IMG/VR virus record: IMGVR_UViG_3300045972_000140 | Coordinates: 1-64,000 of that record | Length of the DNA: 64,000 bases | Strand: one strand, 5' to 3' | Source: a virus | Shown: one piece after another, positions 56,464-64,000 of the stretch | How the letters are laid out: each line of letters starts with the position of its first letter | Numbering within the stretch: position 1 is the stretch's first letter | The notes under the pieces: model-generated | Told to the model about the DNA's origin: nothing | Seen by the model: only the letters and a program-made list of their open reading frames with translations | The model's database searches: none | Translations under genes and position numbers: made by a program

Positions 56464-59442
56464 TTAGTTAGTTACTTGTGCAAGATCTGCTGTAGCAACC
56501 CAACGAATTGTATTCGCTGCGATACCAGGGACAGAAATCTTCAAGCTTCCGTTTGTTGTATCAGCGGAAACTGTAGGATCGTTCGTTGCATTAGAGATAT
56601 TACCAACTCGTGCAATTGTAGTCTTAGAAACTGCGCCTGCCATTGTTGTTGTAGCTGCTGTTGCATCTTGGTAAATCATACCAGTGAAGATCCAAGAACC
56701 AAGAGTACCTGCTGCATCTGTGCGACGAGCAACTACCTTGATTGTGTATGTCCACGCAGAGTTAGCTGGTAGAACTAAACGCTGTGATGCACCTGCGCCG
56801 TCTAAGAACAATTCTGATGCACCCGTTGTTGTTGTGATAGCACGATAAACTGCTTGCAATGCCTGGGCATCGCCTGCTGAAGCAAATTGACCGTTAGCTG
56901 TTGCAAGAACACCGTATGTAGATGCCTTAGCACCTGAACCAATTGCTACTGCCTGAGACGCTGTTGCTGTTGGAGCGTTAACTGGTGCAGTTGTAAATTC
57001 AGATAAGAACTTAGGTCCTGCTAAAGTAATAGAGCCTGCTGCATTTGTTACATAGATGCTTGTACCACTTACTGCCAATGCTGCGGCAACCGGTGCTGCA
57101 CCTGTAGAACCAATCAATAATTGACCGTTTGTAGGAGCAGAAGTAGTTGTTAACAAACCTGCTGTACCGGAGTACAAGAAGCTGTTTGCTGTTAACGAAG
57201 AAACTGTAACGCCACCTGCGCTTACAAGAGCGCCACCAGCTGTAACTGTTAAACCAGTTGCTGCTGTGATTGTGCTTGTAGAAGCAATAGAGCCAGGAGC
57301 AATAAATGTTGCCGGAATGCTTAATGTAGAAGCGCCAGTTGCTGCTGAAACTGTGACTTGGTTAGCTGTACCAGATAACGATGTAACTGCAAGACCAGAC
57401 AATGTAGACCAAGATGGAGCAGCGGCTGTATTACCGATTAATACCTGACCTGTTGTACCAACTGCGGTTGCACTAACTGCACTTGTACCATTACCTAACA
57501 ATACGCCGTTTGCACCTAATGTTGCTGCACCTGTACCACCGTTTGCTACACCAGCAATTACTGTACCAGCTGTAACACGACCAAATGCATCTGTTGTTAC
57601 TACGCCATAGGTACCTGCTGTACCTGCTGTTGCAAGATTAAGTGTAACAGAACCAGTTGCACCGGATGCTGTAATATTGCCTGCTGTACCAGCAATAGCT
57701 GTAACACCACTGTTTGTGATTGTAACTGCGCCTGTTGCGCCAGATACAGAAATACCTGTACCAGCTACATTGGATGTTACACCAGTGTTAGTGATTGTAA
57801 CTGCACCAGTTGCTGCAACATTTGTAGACAAACCTGTGCTTGTTGTAACGCTTAAAACACCAGTGTTAGCAAATACGTTGCCTGTTAAAGATAAACCTGT
57901 ACCAGCTGTATAAGAACCAGAACCGGAGAACTGAGCATAAACAACGGGATCTGTACCAAGTGTGACTACTGTTGCTGTTTCTGTCCAACCTGTATCGGCA
58001 TTTACTGTACCTTGCTGAACGTAAACTGCTTCGCCGTCGATTTCGACTGCTGTATCAGAGTCTACTGAACGTGCCCAAGCACCTGCTGCAACAACGTAGA
58101 TACCATTTGTAGAAGTTGTTGTTTGATTCTTAACTAAAACGCGGTCATTTGCAACCAATGCAATACCGTCAACTGTCTGTGTACCAGACAATGTGATGTT
58201 TGCTGTTGTTGCCGCTTTTACTGCTTGTTTCCAAGATAAACCCTGGATAGAAGAATCAACATAGCTCTTCGTTGCTGCATCAGAAGAAGCAGACGGTGTT
58301 GCTAAACCAGTAACTGTACCAGACGAGAATGTGATACCTGTCATACCAGCTAACGTTGTGGATGTTGCACCAAGTGCAATGTTTGTAGAGCCAATTGTAA
58401 CGGAACTGTTTGTTAAACCTGCGTTAGGAATACCAGTAATGTTTGTACCAGTGATTGTTGGTGCTGCTACTAAACCAATTGTAACTGCGCCTGTAGCACC
58501 AGAAACTGTAATGTTAGTACCTGCAACATTGGATGTTACACCAGTGTTAGACAATGTTACTGTACCACCTAATGCAACTGGAGAACCAGAAACGCCTAAA
58601 CCTGTACCACCTGTTACAGTAATAGAATTGTTTGTTAACGCACTATTAGGAATACCTGTAAAATTTGTACCAGTAAGTGTTGGTGTATTGGACCAAACTG
58701 GAGCACCTGCAGAACCAGTTAATACCTGAGAAGCTGTACCTTGTGCTGTTACGCCCATTGCAGATGTACCGTTACCGTAGATAACGCCATTTGCTGTAGC
58801 TGTAGATAATCCTGTACCACCAGATGAAACTGGATTAATAACTACACCTGCTGTAACACGACCAAATGCGTCTGTTGTTACTTGAGCATATGTACCTGCT
58901 GTACCTGCTGTTGCAAGGTTAGCGGTTACAGAACCAGTTGCGGCGGATAATGTAACATTACCTGCTGTACCAGCAATAGCTGTAACACCGGTGTTAGCAA
59001 TAGTGATAGAACCTGCTGCGTTTGTTACAGAAATAGCTGTACCAGCTGTTAATGTTGTACGTGTGAAACCAGAACCGTTACCGATATCAATTTGACCGTT
59101 TGTTGGTGTTGTTGTTAAACCTGTACCGCCGTTTGCTACTGCAAGTGTACCACCTAATGTGATAGCGCCGGATGTAGCAGAAGCCGGAGTTAAACCAGTT
59201 GTGCCACCGCTGAATGTAGAAACAGTTGAAGCAGAACCTGTAGAAATAGGTGTCCAGCCACTGTTGATGTAACCCTCAAGATCGTTGATATCTGTGTTAT
59301 AACGCAATGCGCCATTGGAGATACCTGTCACAGGACGGTTTGCTGTAGTACCAACTGGCACTTCAATAGCGCCGGCACCACCAATTGTTAAAATCGCCGT
59401 ATTATCCGGCGTAATCGTTTCGGTTGAATAGTCGAAATCCAT
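56464..59442 (-). CDS. Tail fibre-like protein
   Basis: Thr/Gly/Ala-rich; WKQAVKAATTANITLSG module; C-terminal GDAQ module shared with 59460-60650. Confidence 0.75.
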   Translation of the reverse strand: MDFDYSTETITPDNTAILTIGGAGAIEVPVGTTANRPVTGISNGALRYNTDINDLEGYINSGWTPISTGSASTVSTFSGGTTGLTPASATSGAITLGGTLAVANGGTGLTTTPTNGQIDIGNGSGFTRTTLTAGTAISVTNAAGSITIANTGVTAIAGTAGNVTLSAATGSVTANLATAGTAGTYAQVTTDAFGRVTAGVVINPVSSGGTGLSTATANGVIYGNGTSAMGVTAQGTASQVLTGSAGAPVWSNTPTLTGTNFTGIPNSALTNNSITVTGGTGLGVSGSPVALGGTVTLSNTGVTSNVAGTNITVSGATGAVTIGLVAAPTITGTNITGIPNAGLTNSSVTIGSTNIALGATSTTLAGMTGITFSSGTVTGLATPSASSDAATKSYVDSSIQGLSWKQAVKAATTANITLSGTQTVDGIALVANDRVLVKNQTTTSTNGIYVVAAGAWARSVDSDTAVEIDGEAVYVQQGTVNADTGWTETATVVTLGTDPVVYAQFSGSGSYTAGTGLSLTGNVFANTGVLSVTTSTGLSTNVAATGAVTITNTGVTSNVAGTGISVSGATGAVTITNSGVTAIAGTAGNITASGATGSVTLNLATAGTAGTYGVVTTDAFGRVTAGTVIAGVANGGTGAATLGANGVLLGNGTSAVSATAVGTTGQVLIGNTAAAPSWSTLSGLAVTSLSGTANQVTVSAATGASTLSIPATFIAPGSIASTSTITAATGLTVTAGGALVSAGGVTVSSLTANSFLYSGTAGLLTTTSAPTNGQLLIGSTGAAPVAAALAVSGTSIYVTNAAGSITLAGPKFLSEFTTAPVNAPTATASQAVAIGSGAKASTYGVLATANGQFASAGDAQALQAVYRAITTTTGASELFLDGAGASQRLVLPANSAWTYTIKVVARRTDAAGTLGSWIFTGMIYQDATAATTTMAGAVSKTTIARVGNISNATNDPTVSADTTNGSLKISVPGIAANTIRWVATADLAQVTN

Positions 59443-59459
59443 TATATAATTTCCTTAAA

Positions 59460-60650
59460 TTAATTTGTTACTTCGGTAGTCAACACTGTCGCTGCCCACC
59501 TAATTGTTTTACCAGTCTCGCCAATAGCCATAATTTTCAATGACCCATTTGTTGTGTTTGTAGTGAGTGATACGTCCCAAGGCGAGTCTGTTTCCCCTAA
59601 GACTGTTTTAGATGGTGTGCCAATAAGTGTTATAGATGCTGCCGATGAATCTTTCATTACAACTCCGTCAAACTGATATCCTGCTGCGCCACCTGCGCTA
59701 TCTGTCCTTCTTGCCGTTATAATAATCGAAAAACTTACTACCGAATTTAACGGTAATACAAACGATTGACTTACTCCGTCAAGGTATAATTCTGTGCTTG
59801 TAGCATTAGTTGTTATATTTCTAAGCACATAAACCCCGTGTTGTGCATCACCTGTGCTAGAAAATACTCCGTTAGCAAAAGCTTTTGCACCATATAATGT
59901 TGCATTAGCACCATCTCCAATTACTACCGTATTTATTCCGGCTGCAACTGAAGTACTTGGAGATGTAGGGTTTTCTGTATATAGTTTTAAAGGTAAGTCA
60001 GCATATGCTATATTTCTAAAACTCGGCTGGCCAGAACTACCGTTCGGTCCCAAGAACGCTGTATTTGCAGACTGTGCAACTAATGCCATCGATATATCAC
60101 CCGATGACGTAATTGGTGTATTTGTTATACTATAGATCGGTGCTATAGAAAAATCGGCAAGGCCGACTGATGTTACTGTACCTGCTGATGCATTTGTCCA
60201 ACTCAGTATTCCTGCACCATTTGTTGTTAATACCTGATTAGATGATCCATCGGCTGCTGGCCATTTTAAATTATTTAAATATAATGAACCGCCCAATGAA
60301 TCGTTAATATATAAATCATTACCAATTGTGGTAGACAACTTAGCTGGGCCAGCGCCTGCGTTAAGAACTACGCCTTTACCGGGATCTGTTACAAGTGAAA
60401 GGTCTGTTGAGGTAGCAGCTAATATAGAACTACCGGAAAACTTAATATCCGCTAACTGTGGTGCAGACCAAGATGTGGTAGGAGCAATCCAGGATGAAAT
60501 TACATTTGTACCGGAATTAAACCATACATCTCCATTCTTGGGTGTGTAGGCGAGGCTAGGGTCGATAGATCCCTGATATATTGTCGTTCCATTTTTACCT
60601 ATCGTGAAAAATGGAACGCTCGTACCCTTAGCATTAATAATAATCGACAT
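59460..60650 (-). CDS. Fibre-like protein
   Basis: AGGAG RBS before MSIII; C-terminal GDAQ...TIRWAA module. Confidence 0.7.
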   Translation of the reverse strand: MSIIINAKGTSVPFFTIGKNGTTIYQGSIDPSLAYTPKNGDVWFNSGTNVISSWIAPTTSWSAPQLADIKFSGSSILAATSTDLSLVTDPGKGVVLNAGAGPAKLSTTIGNDLYINDSLGGSLYLNNLKWPAADGSSNQVLTTNGAGILSWTNASAGTVTSVGLADFSIAPIYSITNTPITSSGDISMALVAQSANTAFLGPNGSSGQPSFRNIAYADLPLKLYTENPTSPSTSVAAGINTVVIGDGANATLYGAKAFANGVFSSTGDAQHGVYVLRNITTNATSTELYLDGVSQSFVLPLNSVVSFSIIITARRTDSAGGAAGYQFDGVVMKDSSAASITLIGTPSKTVLGETDSPWDVSLTTNTTNGSLKIMAIGETGKTIRWAATVLTTEVTN

Positions 60651-60746
60651 AGCTCTCCTGTTCAGGTATGACACCTGTCCGAATAAATTCGGTCTTTGGC
60701 ATTTACCTTATTTATCTTCTAAATAAATATTCTAAGAGCTATCAGG

Positions 60747-61535
60747 TTAAGAGATGACTGCCGTCATCGTTAGTACCTTATTATTGGTGTCATAAGTATA
60801 TGTTTCTGTGCGAGTTAAACCGTTGTATGTAATTACTGCGGTTGTTACATTGCCAGATGTGTATGTATATGTCGACACCATTGTACCAGTTGTGTAAACA
60901 TCCGTAACTGTATTAACAGTGCTATCTACATTATAGGTATAGGTAGTAGAAAGTAAATCTATAGAAAGAGGACTCGGCGCAATTGGCTGTCCGTTTACTG
61001 TTGGTGCAGTTTTAAAATCTAAGGTATTTGTAATACGAGAAATTGTAAATATAGTGTTTTCTGTTGTACCATTATCTGCGACGGCAACTAACTGCAAGCC
61101 GGAACCGGCATTAGATCCAGTTTCTGCAACATTATTTGTTTGAAATAACCAACGGTTAGAGCCGGCAGTTTGTAGGCTTAATGTACGGTTGGTACCTGAT
61201 GCACCTGTTACAGATAACCCTACGTTAGCCAATGTGCCTGTTGAAGTTATATTACCTGTTGTTTTATTAACCGAAAGAAACGCATTACCGCCTAATGTCC
61301 CGGAGTCATTGAATTGAATTTGCGTATCCGCGCCGCCGGGCGAGCCGCTACCACCGGCTACCCACGACACATTTGTACCATCTGTACCCAATACCTTACC
61401 ATTATTACCTGCTTGATTTGGTAATAATGCATTAATAGCTGCAGGGGCAGTAGACTGGCCCGTACCTCCATTTGCAATAGGGGTTGGTTGGCCTGTAATT
61501 ACAATGCCGACATCACTTGAAATTCTTACAGCCAT
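60747..61535 (-). CDS. Short fibre-like protein
   Basis: GGAG RBS before MAVRIS; shares the N-module with 36905 and 40866. Confidence 0.7.
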   Translation of the reverse strand: MAVRISSDVGIVITGQPTPIANGGTGQSTAPAAINALLPNQAGNNGKVLGTDGTNVSWVAGGSGSPGGADTQIQFNDSGTLGGNAFLSVNKTTGNITSTGTLANVGLSVTGASGTNRTLSLQTAGSNRWLFQTNNVAETGSNAGSGLQLVAVADNGTTENTIFTISRITNTLDFKTAPTVNGQPIAPSPLSIDLLSTTYTYNVDSTVNTVTDVYTTGTMVSTYTYTSGNVTTAVITYNGLTRTETYTYDTNNKVLTMTAVIS

Positions 61536-61560
61536 TTTATTCTCCAATTTTGGTTAGTAG

Positions 61561-61599
61561 TATTTATCAATATTAGTAATCTTGCTGCATTGATAAATA
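61561..61599. promoter_or_regulatory. Back-to-back GATAAATA putative late promoters
   Basis: TATTTATC at 61561-61568 and GATAAATA at 61592-61599 between divergent structural genes. Confidence 0.65.
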
Positions 61600-61617
61600 C
61601 TAAAACAAGGATAAGAT

Positions 61618-62868
61618 ATGCCAAGAATAAGTCTTTGGAATCCCACAAAAGGTGCTGATTTCAATTTTACCGATAGAACTGTAAATGAAAATTTTCGTAT
61701 ATCCGGTGATGGCATCCTAGTACACATGTACGAAGGCCCGGAAATTGACTCAACTGGCAGTACAGATACATCCTTAACATCTATTCAAGATGTACTATTT
61801 TTAGAAAATACATCTAGAAAATATAATCCCGATGTTATTGAGTTACGTGGGCATCATCAACCGCAAGACGTAAATTACGATCTATCCCAATTTGGTATTA
61901 TGCTTAGTTCAGACACTATTCGTATTCAATTCGGGTATACAGATATGATGGATTCGTTAGGCAGAAAACTTATTGCCGGTGATGTTTTAGAGTTTCCTAG
62001 TATGCGCGATGTACCTATCTTCAACAATGCAGTAGGCATAAATAGATATTACGTGGTTCAAGATGCGTTATATGCTGCAGGTGGTTATGGGCAAAAGTGG
62101 TTTCCGCATATATGGATGGTTAGAGCTAAGTTAATGACAGCATCTCCGGAATTTACACAAATCACAGATCAAGCAGCTACAGGACTCACATCGGGTGGTA
62201 TCGGACAAGGACTAGGTATCATGTCTGAAGGATTTACCGATACAATGGATGCAAATGGCGATCCAGGATTAGGTTGTAACCCAGACATAAAGGCCTCATT
62301 GAATTTATTTTGTAAACTTATTAAAATCACAGACCAGAATGTTGCAGAAGCAGAACAAAATGCATTCTTTGATCCAAAATTCTTCGAAAGTGCAAACTTA
62401 TACATATACCTAGATCAAAAGGGTTACCCTGTTATTGGTAGTAATTATTTTAGCGGTGATGGAGCGCCACCTAATTTATCTACAGATTTATCACAAGATT
62501 TAGTACCAAGTGGTCCACTTGTTGGTGCAGGCATTGCATTTCCTCCAGGAATGACAGATGGGCAATATTATTTAAGATTAGATTATTACCCAGAACGTCT
62601 ATTCCAAAAGCAAGGTACGTGTTATAAACTCATCGAAGTTAATGTGCTAAAGAATTGGACTGCATACAACCGTGTGTTAGATACATTTATTGATAATATT
62701 AACGACACAGTTATGCCGGACGGAACTGTATTCCCAGAAAAGCAAGCTGTATCTACTGTAGTAAAACAAAAAGTTGATTTGTACGCGCAACGTAAGAAAG
62801 ATACAACAACTAAAGAAAAAGCAAGATCTAAGATTGCAGATGATCGAGCTAAGAAGAAACCTAACTAA
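61618..62868 (+). CDS. Neck/head-closure-like protein (T4 gp14-like)
   Basis: IQDVLFLEN..RKY, DLSQFGI, GRKLIAGDVLEFP; lies next to a gp15-like gene. Assignment by recollection. Confidence 0.55.
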   Translation: MPRISLWNPTKGADFNFTDRTVNENFRISGDGILVHMYEGPEIDSTGSTDTSLTSIQDVLFLENTSRKYNPDVIELRGHHQPQDVNYDLSQFGIMLSSDTIRIQFGYTDMMDSLGRKLIAGDVLEFPSMRDVPIFNNAVGINRYYVVQDALYAAGGYGQKWFPHIWMVRAKLMTASPEFTQITDQAATGLTSGGIGQGLGIMSEGFTDTMDANGDPGLGCNPDIKASLNLFCKLIKITDQNVAEAEQNAFFDPKFFESANLYIYLDQKGYPVIGSNYFSGDGAPPNLSTDLSQDLVPSGPLVGAGIAFPPGMTDGQYYLRLDYYPERLFQKQGTCYKLIEVNVLKNWTAYNRVLDTFIDNINDTVMPDGTVFPEKQAVSTVVKQKVDLYAQRKKDTTTKEKARSKIADDRAKKKPN

Positions 62869-62882
62869 GCGAGGCATCCAAA

Positions 62883-64000
62883 ATAGATTTTTTTTACGAT
62901 AGTCAAGTAAGACGTTACTTATTACAATTTATGCGGATATTCTCTGACATAAAAGTCAGGAATGGCCCCGATGCTAACGGACTCTACACTGTCACTCGTA
63001 TACCAATTGTATACGGCGATCCGTCGTGGGTTGTTGCACAACTTATCAAAGGTGGCAGCGAAAATACATTAATGCCGGCACCTATGTTTAGCGCATACAT
63101 AGATAATATTAAGATGGTACCAGATCGCAGACAAGATACTCAATTTGTTAGTAAGATGTCTACGGTAGAAAGAAATGTACAAGGTCTATCAAATAGTCTG
63201 TGCGACGATAACCAAAATCCTACATATGGTAGTCAACCGGGATTTAGATACGATGTAGATCGATATATGCCTGTGCCCTACGACATAACATTCAAATTAG
63301 ATTGCTGGACAACAAATACAACAAACAAATTGCAAGTCTTCGAACAGATTAGTACAGTATTTAATCCATCGATACAATTGCAGCAAAATAGCAACCTTCT
63401 AGACTGGACAAGCATCTTCGAAGTATGGATGGAAGATTTTACTTGGACAAATCGCTCTGTACCGCAAGGCGGAGAAGCAGAGCGTGATGTAATGAGTTGG
63501 AAATTTAAGGTACAGGCATGGATTAATCCTCCTGCCAAAGTTAAACGTAGTTCCCTTATCGCTGAAATTGTTACAAACGTGTTCAGTGATATTGATGTGG
63601 GGTTAGCTGCCGCAACTATAGACAGTAATGAATATGATGTATTTAGGACTTGTTTTGAAGGCATACCAATGCAAATTATTACAACAGAAGGCAATTATAA
63701 GATTTCTGTTACATTGAACGGTACACAAAACGAAATCGTATTACTGAACCAATATGGGCAAGAAGATCCATTGCTGAACTGGCAAAGCCTTATACAAAAG
63801 TACGGGCAGATTACCCCTAATATCACCAAAATTAGGCTTAAATTAGACCCTAACATCGAAGTAAGCGATTCTGACATTATAGGCAGTATTACACAAGATC
63901 CTGCACGTCAAAATGTACTGTTTTTCGTACCCGATGTGGACACAATGCCTGCAAGTACGATTCCGCCCATTAACGATATTATTGACCCAACTGAAGTCAC
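62883..64000 (+). CDS. Tail terminator/sheath stabiliser-like protein (T4 gp15-like), partial; apparent ATA start
   Basis: (M)DFFYDSQVRRYLLQFMRIFS...IPIVYGD...MPVPYDITFKLDCW...QVFEQI...FNP; runs off the window end. Confidence 0.7.
   Translation, partial: MDFFYDSQVRRYLLQFMRIFSDIKVRNGPDANGLYTVTRIPIVYGDPSWVVAQLIKGGSENTLMPAPMFSAYIDNIKMVPDRRQDTQFVSKMSTVERNVQGLSNSLCDDNQNPTYGSQPGFRYDVDRYMPVPYDITFKLDCWTTNTTNKLQVFEQISTVFNPSIQLQQNSNLLDWTSIFEVWMEDFTWTNRSVPQGGEAERDVMSWKFKVQAWINPPAKVKRSSLIAEIVTNVFSDIDVGLAAATIDSNEYDVFRTCFEGIPMQIITTEGNYKISVTLNGTQNEIVLLNQYGQEDPLLNWQSLIQKYGQITPNITKIRLKLDPNIEVSDSDIIGSITQDPARQNVLFFVPDVDTMPASTIPPINDIIDPTEV

Noticed and set aside
26078-60549. Many plus-strand and alternate-frame ORFs over the fibre genes
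   Set aside because: These are antisense shadows of repetitive Thr/Gly/Ala-rich coding sequence.
63278-63877. Minus-strand ORFs at the window end
   Set aside because: They are antisense to the open gp15-like frame that runs off the window.
1-64000. Stop-codon reassignment
   Set aside because: Long genes are intact in the standard code, TAG (e.g. 11125) and TGA (e.g. 16870) end genes, and no suppressor tRNA was found.

Overview
AT-rich window from a large (jumbo-type, T4-like late-promoter) tailed phage. The spanin pair and the proteobacterial-type rpoZ point to a Gram-negative, probably proteobacterial, host. Layout: (1) 1-9.9 kb has a partial chemoreceptor-like gene, a circularly permuted two-piece tmRNA, a UDP-glucuronate decarboxylase, five radical SAM genes, a spanin pair, and glycosyltransferase- and sulfotransferase-like genes. 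(2) 9.9-24.4 kb is a ~14 kb minus-strand array of 37 hand-called tRNAs covering all 20 amino acids. It is interleaved with about 25 non-tRNA structured RNAs and with rpoZ, HD-GYP, carbamoyltransferase, vWA and endonuclease genes. It is headed by tandem promoters and a leader-peptide/terminator/antiterminator that looks like a translation-sensing attenuator. (3) 24.5-61.5 kb is a long block of tail-fibre/adhesin-like genes. (4) Neck and tail-terminator-like genes follow on the plus strand. The most novel-looking signal is the RNA array: the attenuator, a covarying 'CNGCAA' stem-loop family whose loops carry anticodon-like hairpins, YrlA-like permuted tRNA mimics, and CCA-ended acceptor-only mini-RNAs. 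Everything was called by eye. Coordinates may be off by a few nt, and protein family names come from motif recognition, not database searches.
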